NCBI GenBank assembly: GCA_048886185.1
Contig: JBHLKY010000003.1
Location: forward strand, 156,806 to 180,805
Source of the DNA: Candidatus Hermodarchaeota archaeon
GTDB taxonomy: Archaea; Asgardarchaeota; Heimdallarchaeia; Hodarchaeales; Hodarchaeaceae
Length of the DNA stretch: 24,000 nucleotides
Reading direction: 5' to 3'
The notes beneath the pieces are model-generated. The model saw only the letters and a program-made list of their open reading frames with translations. It was not told the DNA's origin and ran no database searches. Positions within the stretch are counted from its first letter, which is position 1; every line of letters starts with the position of its first letter. Both the position numbers and the translations under genes were made by a program. Positions 1 through 9,200 of this stretch are shown here, in pieces.

Positions 1-270
1 GTAAGAAAAAGAGAGGAGGTTTAAAGGAAGACAAATAACAAGTTCTTTCTTGGAGAACATTCTCAATCTCATGATGTCATTTCTTATGGATATCTTAGTA
101 ACTTTAAGTGGTCTCTACTTTACTTATTATCCTATGATCAATTTTACAGGTATGATTTTTCGAAATTTAGACCAATAACTTTGTGAGGAACATATTAGAT
201 TAAATACTACTTTAATCTTCGCAAATAAATATCCTAATACATAACACATCCATGAAGATTTCAAGTAATG

Positions 271-280
271 TATATAAAAA
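271..280 (+). promoter_or_regulatory. TATA-box-like element upstream of the MBL-fold gene
   Basis: TATATAAAAA lies ~30 nt upstream of the ATG at 306. That spacing would give a very short leader under the archaeal TATA-to-TSS rule of ~26 nt. A/T-rich hexamers are common by chance in this AT-rich DNA. Confidence 0.25.
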
Positions 281-305
281 CTAATTTAGTTTATTATTTC
301 AGATT

Positions 306-1322
306 ATGGTGAACAACAGGATGTGGGTGATTCCAATCGCCTCAGAGTCCTTAGGTACTCGGGGTTTTTCTCTATTCATAGTTTCTGAAGATCAAAAAAT
401 TCTTATTGACCCATCTGTATCTCTTGCTCCATTTCGTGATGGATATCTTCCGCATATTCAAGAGATAGCTGCATCTTTTCTTTCTCGGCAGTATATCATG
501 AAATTCTGGGAACTATCTTCAATTATAATTCAAACCCATTATCACGCTGATCATTACTCATTGGGCGTTGATCGGCCATATGAATTTACGGATAAAGTCA
601 TTGCAAAGACGTTATATTCTCATCCTAGAAAAAAGATACTTGCTAAAGATCCAGTAAGAAATATAAACCTTAATCAAAAAAGAAGAGCGTTTTGGTTGTG
701 GAAAAACAAAGGCCTTCCATTATTTGTAGCTGATGGTAATACATTTATCTTCGGACGAACTAGAATAACCTTTTCAGATGCCTTACCTCACGGGAAACAA
801 AATTCAAGACAAGGCTGGGTTGTTGCAGTCTTTATATCTGATTCTTATGGAAGTCTCTTGATTTCGTCTGATGTGGTAGGCCCTGGATCTGATTGTGCAT
901 TAAATTTCATATGTGAGAATCCTGCTGATTTGATGATAATAGATGGCCCCTCGACTTATCATCCTGAACAAACTGATATAGAGAAAGAAAATGCTTTTAA
1001 TAGATTAAATCAGGTGAATGATATTGGTCCAATGATCCTTGATCATCATCTATTACGAGATTTAGAATGGAAAACACAATTGAAAGATCATGGTATTCTA
1101 GGTGAAATAATAACACTAGCGAGTTTATTAGAGTTACAACCAATGTGTTTAGAAAGTAAAAGATCTCAATTATATGAACAATTCCCCATGAATTCCTTTT
1201 TTCATAATAGATTCCAGTCTCACGATCCAATAATTTCTCAACAAGTGGAAAAAGTAGCAAAAACTCTTCCTGTTTATCGAAAGATGAATCAAATTCATAA
1301 AGAGATCCTTGATACCAAATAA
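306..1322 (+). CDS. Metallo-beta-lactamase-fold protein, archaeal UPF0282-like
   Basis: 338-aa ORF with an ATG start. It has the HxHxDH-type motif (THYHADHY) and an N-terminus (IPIASESLGTRG...LIDPSVSLAP) that resembles, from memory, the conserved archaeal UPF0282 family. A later DGP...DHHLLRD segment also fits. Confidence 0.7.
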   Translation: MVNNRMWVIPIASESLGTRGFSLFIVSEDQKILIDPSVSLAPFRDGYLPHIQEIAASFLSRQYIMKFWELSSIIIQTHYHADHYSLGVDRPYEFTDKVIAKTLYSHPRKKILAKDPVRNINLNQKRRAFWLWKNKGLPLFVADGNTFIFGRTRITFSDALPHGKQNSRQGWVVAVFISDSYGSLLISSDVVGPGSDCALNFICENPADLMIIDGPSTYHPEQTDIEKENAFNRLNQVNDIGPMILDHHLLRDLEWKTQLKDHGILGEIITLASLLELQPMCLESKRSQLYEQFPMNSFFHNRFQSHDPIISQQVEKVAKTLPVYRKMNQIHKEILDTK

Positions 1323-1368
1323 ATTAACAATATCCTATAAAGTAGGATATTAATGAGTTTCCGTTAAG

Positions 1369-1557
1369 TTATATGCCAAAAATTAGACTTTTAATGGTAA
1401 AAATAAAAATCCCAAATAATAGACAGAATTTTCCGATCCGGTTTCCAGTAGGCGCATATAAAATCGCTCCCAGAGTTATCAAAAGAGCTCCAAATTGAAT
1501 AGATATAATTACATCTAGAAGAGACCAAAAGAAGTTTGATAGGATTTCATTTAACAT
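1369..1557 (-). CDS. Hypothetical small membrane protein (2 predicted TM segments)
   Basis: 62-aa ORF with an ATG start, beginning 4 nt after the stop of the upstream 178-aa ORF (tight coupling). It is strongly hydrophobic with no recognisable motif. It could be a compositional artefact of AT-rich DNA. Confidence 0.35.
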   Translation of the reverse strand: MLNEILSNFFWSLLDVIISIQFGALLITLGAILYAPTGNRIGKFCLLFGIFIFTIKSLIFGI

Positions 1558-1561
1558 AGAA

Positions 1562-2098
1562 TCACATTTTCCATAATGGCATTTTTGGAAACTGGAAATT
1601 TAATGGTAAAATAATACACACAAGACAGAATCCACTTTTTTTTAAATTTTTAATTCTTTTTGAATCAGATATGATCAGATAAAGGCCTAAATTTCCAAGG
1701 AAAATAATAAGAGATAATACTGCAAAAATAAATAACAAATAGGAAGTAATAAATGACATTAAAATGTAAAATCCCTCAAAAGGTTCCTCTACAAATGGTG
1801 AATTAGGAAATTCCAAATTAAAAATAAAAATTAAGAGTATCAGGATGGATATTGACCGAAAAATCATCATTTTTCCATTTTCTTCATTATAATTCAAGAG
1901 ATAGATTATTGATCCTGAAATAAGTGATAAATTAACTGTTACAATTGCTATACTAAGTAAAAATGGAAATAAAAAAGAAAAAAAAGCAAGAAGTTGTTTT
2001 GGAATGTCCTGTATATAGTATTGGATCCCTTGTGAGAATAAATTTCTTATTTGAGCTATTATAAGGACTTTATGAATAGGAATCAAAATTATCTCCAA
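1562..2098 (-). CDS. Hypothetical polytopic membrane protein
   Basis: 178-aa ORF with about 4-5 hydrophobic segments. The track start is a TTG codon and the first internal ATG is far downstream, so the 5' end is uncertain. No motif recognised. Confidence 0.4.
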   Translation of the reverse strand: MEIILIPIHKVLIIAQIRNLFSQGIQYYIQDIPKQLLAFFSFLFPFLLSIAIVTVNLSLISGSIIYLLNYNEENGKMMIFRSISILILLIFIFNLEFPNSPFVEEPFEGFYILMSFITSYLLFIFAVLSLIIFLGNLGLYLIISDSKRIKNLKKSGFCLVCIILPLNFQFPKMPLWKM

Positions 2099-2344
2099 TT
2101 AATTTACCATAGTGAACCTATTTTCCTTTTTTATGCAAAGATATAAAGTCCCAAAGAAATGATAAAAAAAGCTCGAATTCAAGAAAGATTGCTTCTAATA
2201 AAGAAAAAAGCCAATAATCCATCATCTGAAGACTTTAGGGTTGAAAAATAGCCATTGAATAATTGAAAATAAGGGCATAAAAATAGATAATCCTTCTATC
2301 ATCCCTGAAAAACGTTAGAATTCACAATAATCCCTGTTTTAAAT

Positions 2345-3730
2345 TTAGAATGTACATAGATCCAATTTTATCTCTTCAAAATTCACCAGTATTTCATCAA
2401 AACCAATTTTCTTATTTTTAATTATAGAATCCAAGGTGAAAACTCCTGATTCAGCTTTAGGGCGAGAGAAAAATGATTCGAGATCCTTTTCAGACAGCGT
2501 TTCTATTTTTCCTTTATCTGTTAATTCAACAATTCTCATGACTGAACGCTTTTTGACATTTTTGATCCAAGAGACATTTAATTCTATAAAAATGTGAGGA
2601 AAAGAATTTTTCATCAGTTCTAATGGAATATTATATATATCTTTCAGACGTGCAAATAGAAATTTTGGATTCTTGCCATGTATCGTTTGAATTGATGGAA
2701 TTCCAACAGAAAGAACATTCAGGAAGGCATTAAAATGATCTTTTGTGGAAAGCTCCCCTAAATTGATGAAGTCTGGGCTTCTATGTAAAATTTTTTGAAT
2801 TTCCAATGATTTTGAAACAGTTCGAGTTTCAAGAGGATCATAACCCAGACGAAATCTCACGATATTTCCCTGTCTTATTTCGGGAGTTTCGAGGACATCC
2901 TCCACTGACAAAAGTCTGAATTGAGAAGGAATATATTCAATCAAAGCATTTTGCAGCGTAGTTTTGCCTGAATTTGGAGGTCCAATTATAGTTATGGAAG
3001 TCTGATTTTGTATTAAAAAAACTAATAAAATGGCTTGAGTTAGACTAAGACTTCCATTTTCAATTAAATCACGAATTCTTAAATTCTCTGAGCGAAATTT
3101 TCTGATATCAATGTGAACATCTTCTATAGTGAGAGGAGGAATATCAACAGTAACTCGAGTATGAAATAAAGGAGATACAAAATCAGATTTCATTGTAGGA
3201 TTACTATGATTTAGAGAAAAATCATTTTCCAACGCTATTCGATGGATAAAAGCTTCTATTTCTTTTTTTGAAAGTTGGATTGAGGTACTGCATCTTCCGT
3301 GTCTCGAATGATCTATATAGAGCTTTTTCCTGCTTGAATCTAAATACACTTCATCGATTTTATCATCAATTAAAAGCGGGCCTATTTTCTCGAAATCTAG
3401 TGTACGAAATAAAATTGGGATTAAAAGTTGTTTCGGGGTTTTTAGTTGGTTAAAAATATCTTCTAATAAATGATTGTAAAGTTGGTTGAAAGTACAGAAA
3501 TCTTTTTTTCGTAATATAAATTCTTTCAGGTAAAATTTGACCTCCTTTTCATAGTCGCTGAAATTTTTCAGATAATTATATGTTGATGTGTTATAATGAA
3601 CCTGGTACTCAAGTTGTTCGTTTTCAGATAGTTTGGTTATCGTTGCTATGTAACAGTTATATGGATATGAGTCTATTACGATTTCATCATTTGGATAGAA
3701 GCTGGGATCAATTTTTAGACGCTGATTCAT
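2345..3730 (-). CDS. Type II/IV secretion-system ATPase (FlaI/ArlI / VirB11 / TadA-like, T2SSE family), divergent
   Basis: 461 aa.
- Walker A: IIGPPNSGKTTLQNAL.
- Upstream 'IDEVYLDS...LYIDH' and 'RVTVDIPPLT...IDIRKF' blocks typical of the T2SSE N-terminal/linker region.
- Walker B-like region: RSPDFINLGELSTKD.
- His-box-like SIQTIHG. Confidence 0.85.
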   Translation of the reverse strand: MNQRLKIDPSFYPNDEIVIDSYPYNCYIATITKLSENEQLEYQVHYNTSTYNYLKNFSDYEKEVKFYLKEFILRKKDFCTFNQLYNHLLEDIFNQLKTPKQLLIPILFRTLDFEKIGPLLIDDKIDEVYLDSSRKKLYIDHSRHGRCSTSIQLSKKEIEAFIHRIALENDFSLNHSNPTMKSDFVSPLFHTRVTVDIPPLTIEDVHIDIRKFRSENLRIRDLIENGSLSLTQAILLVFLIQNQTSITIIGPPNSGKTTLQNALIEYIPSQFRLLSVEDVLETPEIRQGNIVRFRLGYDPLETRTVSKSLEIQKILHRSPDFINLGELSTKDHFNAFLNVLSVGIPSIQTIHGKNPKFLFARLKDIYNIPLELMKNSFPHIFIELNVSWIKNVKKRSVMRIVELTDKGKIETLSEKDLESFFSRPKAESGVFTLDSIIKNKKIGFDEILVNFEEIKLDLCTF

Positions 3731-3763
3731 AATTTCACTCCTTTAACGAAGAATTTCTGATCT

Positions 3764-4087
3764 TTAATGTTTTTTCTTTGACTCTTGAATCATTTGGTCA
3801 AAGATTGTACCCAAATTCTTAGGAAAAGTAATTTTTAAGGAATTAATTTTACTTTCTGCAATATCAAAACAATATTTTCTCCGTACAATTCCTTGGCCAT
3901 CAATATAAAGAGTAAGGATATGACCCTCTTTTACATGAGGCATTGCTTTTGTTATAAGAGAATGTTGTTCTTGTGCAATACTGAGTTCAGATTCAGTTAC
4001 AAAAATCGATTCTTTCTTTCCACAGATTGGACATGTAGTTTGAATGATAGATTTCTGTGCATGAAGTACAGTCAATTCCATTACCAA
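3764..4087 (-). CDS. Small CxxC protein of unknown function, first gene of the ATPase operon
   Basis: 107-aa ORF ending 33 nt upstream of the ATPase start on the same strand. It has a single CPICG motif plus a downstream H-x4-H (PHVKEGH). No family recognised. Confidence 0.5.
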   Translation of the reverse strand: MVMELTVLHAQKSIIQTTCPICGKKESIFVTESELSIAQEQHSLITKAMPHVKEGHILTLYIDGQGIVRRKYCFDIAESKINSLKITFPKNLGTIFDQMIQESKKKH

Positions 4088-4290
4088 AATTATTTTTAGA
4101 ACTGAAAATAAAAAAACCCAAGTTTCCCATAATCAAAGATCAATCCTCAAGAATTCTTCTTGAGTAAAAATAAGCAAACTAAATTATTAAATAATGCTTA
4201 AAATATTGAAACAATACTCTTTTCTCCATTACTAGACATATTATACTCCATCCATCTCTACTCAAGTTGCCTCTTATGAATAGTAATTAA

Positions 4291-4303
4291 AGAGGTTTCC
4301 TCT
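4291..4303. promoter_or_regulatory. Palindromic motif AGAGG-TTT-CCTCT (copy 1) in the divergent intergenic region
   Basis: Perfect 5-3-5 palindrome. Its 12-nt core recurs in inverted orientation at 4554-4565. Confidence 0.3.
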
Positions 4304-4553
4304 AGCCAGCTATTGTATTGTAATGCCTAATTAGATTCCTCGGTAATCTCCATTTGATTGATATCAGATTAATCAAGAATTCGCTTTGATAAGAACTTCA
4401 TTACATAATTGAGGCGGTAGAGAAGGGTCTTCTAATTTTCTCAAAGCTTTAGTAATCACCTATGAAGAGGTTCGATAAAACTGAAACATGCAATTTTCTA
4501 CATGATTCTCGTGTTTAAATAAAGCATTCTGTGATATTATGATGATATGGCAT

Positions 4554-4565
4554 GAGGAAACCTCT
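4554..4565. promoter_or_regulatory. Palindromic motif GAGG-AAA-CCTCT (copy 2), ~45 nt upstream of the platform gene start
   Basis: GAGGAAACCTCT is the exact reverse complement of AGAGGTTTCCTC at 4291-4302. It sits just upstream of a TTAAAT element and the ATG at 4609. Confidence 0.3.
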
Positions 4566-4608
4566 GCTTAAATTCGAAGACTTATTTGAGAATTTGGTGT
4601 CGAATTAA

Positions 4609-6120
4609 ATGTCAAAGGACTTTCGTTTCATCTCTAGAACCATTTTTCTTGCCATATTTGGAAACTTCGACTTCTTTAATACTTCAGATTTTGAGGAATA
4701 TTTCAAATCAAGATATAAAATCGGTGAGAGGCAGGTTTATATAATTGTTTTCTTTTTTTTCATCTTTTCCCTGATTTTCATTGGTTTTCAGATGTTTATA
4801 CTAAAGAGTGTCTCATTTGAGGATATTTTAATGGAGATATTATTAGTATTAATCTTCTTGAGGTTAATTAACCGTATCATTTTGACTCAGTTCCAGGAAT
4901 ATAGTACTTCTATTGAAACTATAGGCTATTTCGTTGTTAATGAGCTCCTAGTAATATTAGATACTTCCCATTCTCTGAAAGAAGCACTTAAGTTCATCAT
5001 ATTAGGCAATTATCCATTATTTTCTAAAACATTTGAAACTGCAATGGTTCAAACACATTTTGGTTATTCCCTTGAATTTTCACTAAAATATCAGATCAAG
5101 AAGTGCCTCAATGGGAATATTCAGACTATTTTTCTTAATATCTTAGAAATCTGGGAAAACGGGAAAAATATGGCACTCCTTTCTAAAGATAAAATTCTTA
5201 ATCGAATTTCAGAGCAGATAACAGAAGAAACCAGTAAAATCGATTCTTGGGCATCATTATCATCTGGAATAATATATTTAAGTCCTCCTATAATGTTGTG
5301 TTTTTTATTGATCTCTGGAAACATGAATGTGTTATTTGGAATAACAATTATCATATATATAGTGGTAGGATCATTCTTTTTTCATCCAGAGAGACATTTA
5401 ACTGTATTTTCTAGAAATAACGAAATTTTAAATTATGACAATAAATCATTAGAATTTCTCATTATTTTATCAGAAAATCTGTTAAAAGGCAGCTCTTTTG
5501 ACAAGAGCTTAAGTGATTCACTAAAAATAATTGAAAATGACATATACAGAGATCATCTAGTAATAAAATCAGAGCATTTGACTCAATTTCGATTAGGGTT
5601 AACTCAAGAAGAGGAAATAAAAGAAATTTTTTCTCCTGAAATTTTCTCTGAAAGAATTTCTCAGCTTGTTTTATTGATAAAGAAGTTCTCGATGATTGAT
5701 AGTTATATTGCTGGGAAAAAACTGCTGACAATGACCACTGAATTGAGTAAAACCAATGAATTGTTGAAAAAGGGGAAGGCCCAACTTACGGCAACAAAAT
5801 TCCATGGAAATGTTATACAAATACTTGCATTGATATCATTAGCTTTTATTGCAGGAGCCAGTCCTTTATTTTTATTTGTTTCAAGTATGTTAAGCCAATC
5901 ATCTACTGAATCAGCTATTAGAATGGATCATTCCATATTTGAATTAATTTACTTCATAATTGCCATTTTAATAAGTGTATTACCAATCAAGGGAGTCGAA
6001 ATCAGAAACTTCAGAAAATATAACAGAATTCCTTGGAGAAATATCTTTGGATTATCAAGATTCACCTTATTTCTTATTGTTTATATGTTTCTTAAGAATT
6101 TATTGACAGGTTTATACTAA
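4609..6120 (+). CDS. Polytopic membrane platform protein, FlaJ/ArlJ / TadC-like (two T2SSF-like repeats)
   Basis: 503 aa with multiple TM segments. Two soluble segments resemble the T2SSF domain pattern:
- ...LDTSHSLKEALKFIILGNYPLFSKTFETAMVQTHFGYSLEFSLK...
- ...LSENLLKGSSFDKSLSDSLKII...
Each is followed by TM helices. It is transcribed divergently from a T2SSE ATPase. Confidence 0.6.
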   Translation: MSKDFRFISRTIFLAIFGNFDFFNTSDFEEYFKSRYKIGERQVYIIVFFFFIFSLIFIGFQMFILKSVSFEDILMEILLVLIFLRLINRIILTQFQEYSTSIETIGYFVVNELLVILDTSHSLKEALKFIILGNYPLFSKTFETAMVQTHFGYSLEFSLKYQIKKCLNGNIQTIFLNILEIWENGKNMALLSKDKILNRISEQITEETSKIDSWASLSSGIIYLSPPIMLCFLLISGNMNVLFGITIIIYIVVGSFFFHPERHLTVFSRNNEILNYDNKSLEFLIILSENLLKGSSFDKSLSDSLKIIENDIYRDHLVIKSEHLTQFRLGLTQEEEIKEIFSPEIFSERISQLVLLIKKFSMIDSYIAGKKLLTMTTELSKTNELLKKGKAQLTATKFHGNVIQILALISLAFIAGASPLFLFVSSMLSQSSTESAIRMDHSIFELIYFIIAILISVLPIKGVEIRNFRKYNRIPWRNIFGLSRFTLFLIVYMFLKNLLTGLY

Positions 6121-6227
6121 TTAAATCATTTTTTCAGATAATGATATTTTTGGGAGTTTTTTAAGATCCACTTTATTACAAGACAGATGATCTAGGAAGA
6201 GCTGATTTTAATAAAAAGCTGAGAAAA

Positions 6228-9200
6228 ATGTCAATAAGAAATAAGTTCCAAGATTCAGTAAATACAATTGTTTTCTTACTTATTACATTCTCATTAGTAT
6301 TCAGTTCTCTCAATACATGTAATATCCTGCAATTTTCTGATAAATCTGCTTCTGAGATTAATTACTTTCCAAAAAAAGAGTTTTTTACCCAGAATGTTCA
6401 AAAAAATATTTCTAAATTCCAAATTAATTCGTTTTCATCCAATGAAGAACCCATACCCTATTTTCTAGAACAAAGCAATGAATTCGATTTAGAACTTAAC
6501 CAAATGAAACAAATATTAACCACATCAAACACAAACATTTCCATTAATTCAAAAGTTAAAAATTCATCCTTTCAGATCCTTTCAACAGGTAATACAAGCA
6601 TTAATGAGTGGCAAAATGGTATCGAACCTGATTATGGATATGTTAATGTATCTACGTTTCTTTCGGAGGATGAAACTGTCTTTCAATTAAATTACTCTGA
6701 TAATAGTGTGACTCCTGCTTCAGGAATTACTAACACGAAGTTTCTGGGCTCCTTCAATCCGAATGTAACAAGTTCTTCAACTATCATATCTTTTGACTTT
6801 CGAATCCCATATGTAACCCCAGGCTTTTTGAGTACTTTACACACTCTTGTATTGGATTTTAGATTTAATAACGGCTCGATAAGCTTTATATTATCTGATT
6901 TCGGTGGAAGCATTGGTGAAATACTTGAGGAAAACATTACAAGGCCTAATGGATCTGATACATTATTCATATTGTGTAATGATACAGTACCTTTCAGTTG
7001 GAAACATATTTCTTATAATATTACACGATTGGTCACAACATACTTTGATCTAGAGGATTACATAAAATTTTCAGAGCTTACTACCCTTTTCTGTTATTTG
7101 ATTTCATTTTCACCAGAATTTCAATTATGTCTCGATTTAAACAATATAGAGTATTTTGCATCATTACCCTGCAATCCGCCAATTAACTATTCAATAGGAG
7201 AAACAACTGTTTTTTCTGAGAATGGTTCTCTCTCTTTCGAGTCAGCTTTGGGAAATTTCACTTTTTGTGCTTACGAGGACTCCCCGAGGAATAATTCCCA
7301 GACATATCTAGAGGTTAACATATCTCGTATATTTAACTTGGAAAGCTTTTGTTGGGCTGAAAATTGGAATAAAACTAATGTGAAGATTAAGATGTTTCTG
7401 AATATTCCTAAAATTCTTGAAGGGGCATCTTCTAGTATAATACACATTTTTCTTCCTTCTGATTGGAATAATCTTAATATCATTAACCATAGTGTTAATT
7501 TCAAGTTTCTTAACAAAACAAGAATGTTAAATGAATATACTTTAGGTAATTATTATAAGCTGAACGTCTCTAGAATAGAGGAGGGTATTCTAGAGGCATG
7601 GACATTAAATCATCTCTCAAATATTATTACTCCCACAGATATTAGCAGAAATGAAGTCATTGAAATTAGAGGTGACTTACATTATCCCTTACCGGGTTAT
7701 ATAAATTTATTTTTGCAAAATGGGTCTTTTATCTATCATCAAACAACACTCCCAATGATCAATTCAACTTTTATTTTTCCAAAAATAACCATAACGGATC
7801 AATTCCCTCTTGGAATTGTACAATTAACTCTTAATTGGTCATATTCGCATGGATTTGGAATTTTTAAAAAGCTAGTTTATATTCATGAGGATGTTAATCT
7901 TCACTCACTTATTCTATTCCAATCGCCGCAAAATATAGATATACATCAGTTTGAACCATTATTGATTAACCTTAGCCTCTTAAAAAATGGGAATAAATAC
8001 TCTACAAACTCAACTTTGGTATTCTTATTTATGGAGACTGAATGGTTACTTTTTTTTCAAACATCTAATAATGACTATATTTTAAATGTGTCTCATATTA
8101 TTTGGAATCCAGGGGATTACACGCTTGATATTATCGCTTCTGATGGCAATTTATTTTTTGCAAAAAATGTTGTGAACATAACTGTTGAACCTGCATCCAT
8201 CTTTTGGAGTTTTGAAAATTTAAAAACAGAAATATTGAAAAACGAGAGTATTAATTTCCGAGTTTATTCTTATGTAGTTCCTCAAGGAAGTTTATATTTT
8301 AAAATTCTTTCAGGTTTAATTATTCGGATTTGGATTAATGACACAATAGTCTCTACCTATCAAACAAACTTATATGGATTTAGTGATGTTGAATTTTATC
8401 ATGGAACCCTAATAGATGGGGATTTTCTTCAGGTTGTCCTAGAAGGTAGACTTGGAGGGGAGGTTGTTAAACTTCAAACAGTATTATTCCTTATTTCGAA
8501 TGAAACAGTCCTAAACAGTGGAGATAGAGCCTATATTAAAGAAATAACGAGATCTGTAGTAAAGGCGAATGAAACTTTTTATATTTATTACACTATCGAA
8601 TACTTAAGCAATAATTCAAATTGGTTTATACAGATAGAAACATTTAGCGATTTAATATTATCCGCATTCATTTTAAGAGATAACTATGTTGTTGGAGCCC
8701 ATATTGAGGATGAAAAGTTAATCTGGACACTTAAAGCAGATCCATCGATTAAAGACACTTTGGTTTTAGAATTACCAAGCCCAACAGTCTTGGTCAGAAA
8801 GGAATCTTTAGGAAAAAAGTTCAGATTGAAAATCTTAACAGAATCGAAATTAACGATCAATAACTACACAATAGAAATTAATTTACAATTTCTAGGCTTC
8901 ACATTTTCAAATATTTCTCTTTTTGATTCATTAAATCGTGATATCACAAATCTATTTCCAATGACCATTAAGGGGACATTTATTTCATTTTTCAATCTTA
9001 ATATAATTGCTGGGCTAGAAATATGTTACTTCTTAGAAGGTTATCTTCATACATTAGAAATTGTAATAAAAAAGCCTTTTCTGCCAACTTATATGTATAA
9101 TGAGAGTATTATTGGAAGCTGGAAATTTTCAGCCCAAATCAACTCCTCATATTCAGTTATATATACCATCTTAGGTTTAGGCTCTTGGGAATGTTATAAT

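Noticed and set aside
71-178. 35-aa plus-strand sORF (MMSFLMDILVTLSGLYFTYYPMINFTGMIFRNLDQ) in the window's 5' non-coding region
   Set aside because: It is short, hydrophobic and consistent with AT-rich compositional noise. It has no Shine-Dalgarno or promoter context I can support, and the region may belong to the 3' flank of a gene outside the window.
997-1260. Antisense or embedded ORFs of 60-114 aa inside longer, well-supported genes: 997-1260, 3268-3453, 3893-4099, 5121-5354, 5462-5731, 6692-6970, 7271-7516, 7308-7490, 9509-9709, 12048-12272, 12717-12944, 15510-15764, 16475-16741, 18342-18566, 18639-18827, 18981-19325, 19229-19471, 20758-20973, 21842-22075
   Set aside because: Each overlaps a longer ORF on the opposite strand, or in another frame, that has clear family motifs or a better operon context. 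None shows a recognisable motif. Such shadow ORFs are expected.
6228-6330. N-terminus of the 1175-aa protein as a class III (prepilin-like) signal peptide
   Set aside because: The sequence MSIRNKFQDSVNTIVFLLITF... has a charged head and a hydrophobic stretch. It lacks the K/R-G/A cleavage dipeptide directly preceding the hydrophobic core that PibD/FlaK substrates show. A Sec-type signal or signal anchor is more likely. This needs FlaFind/SignalP to settle.
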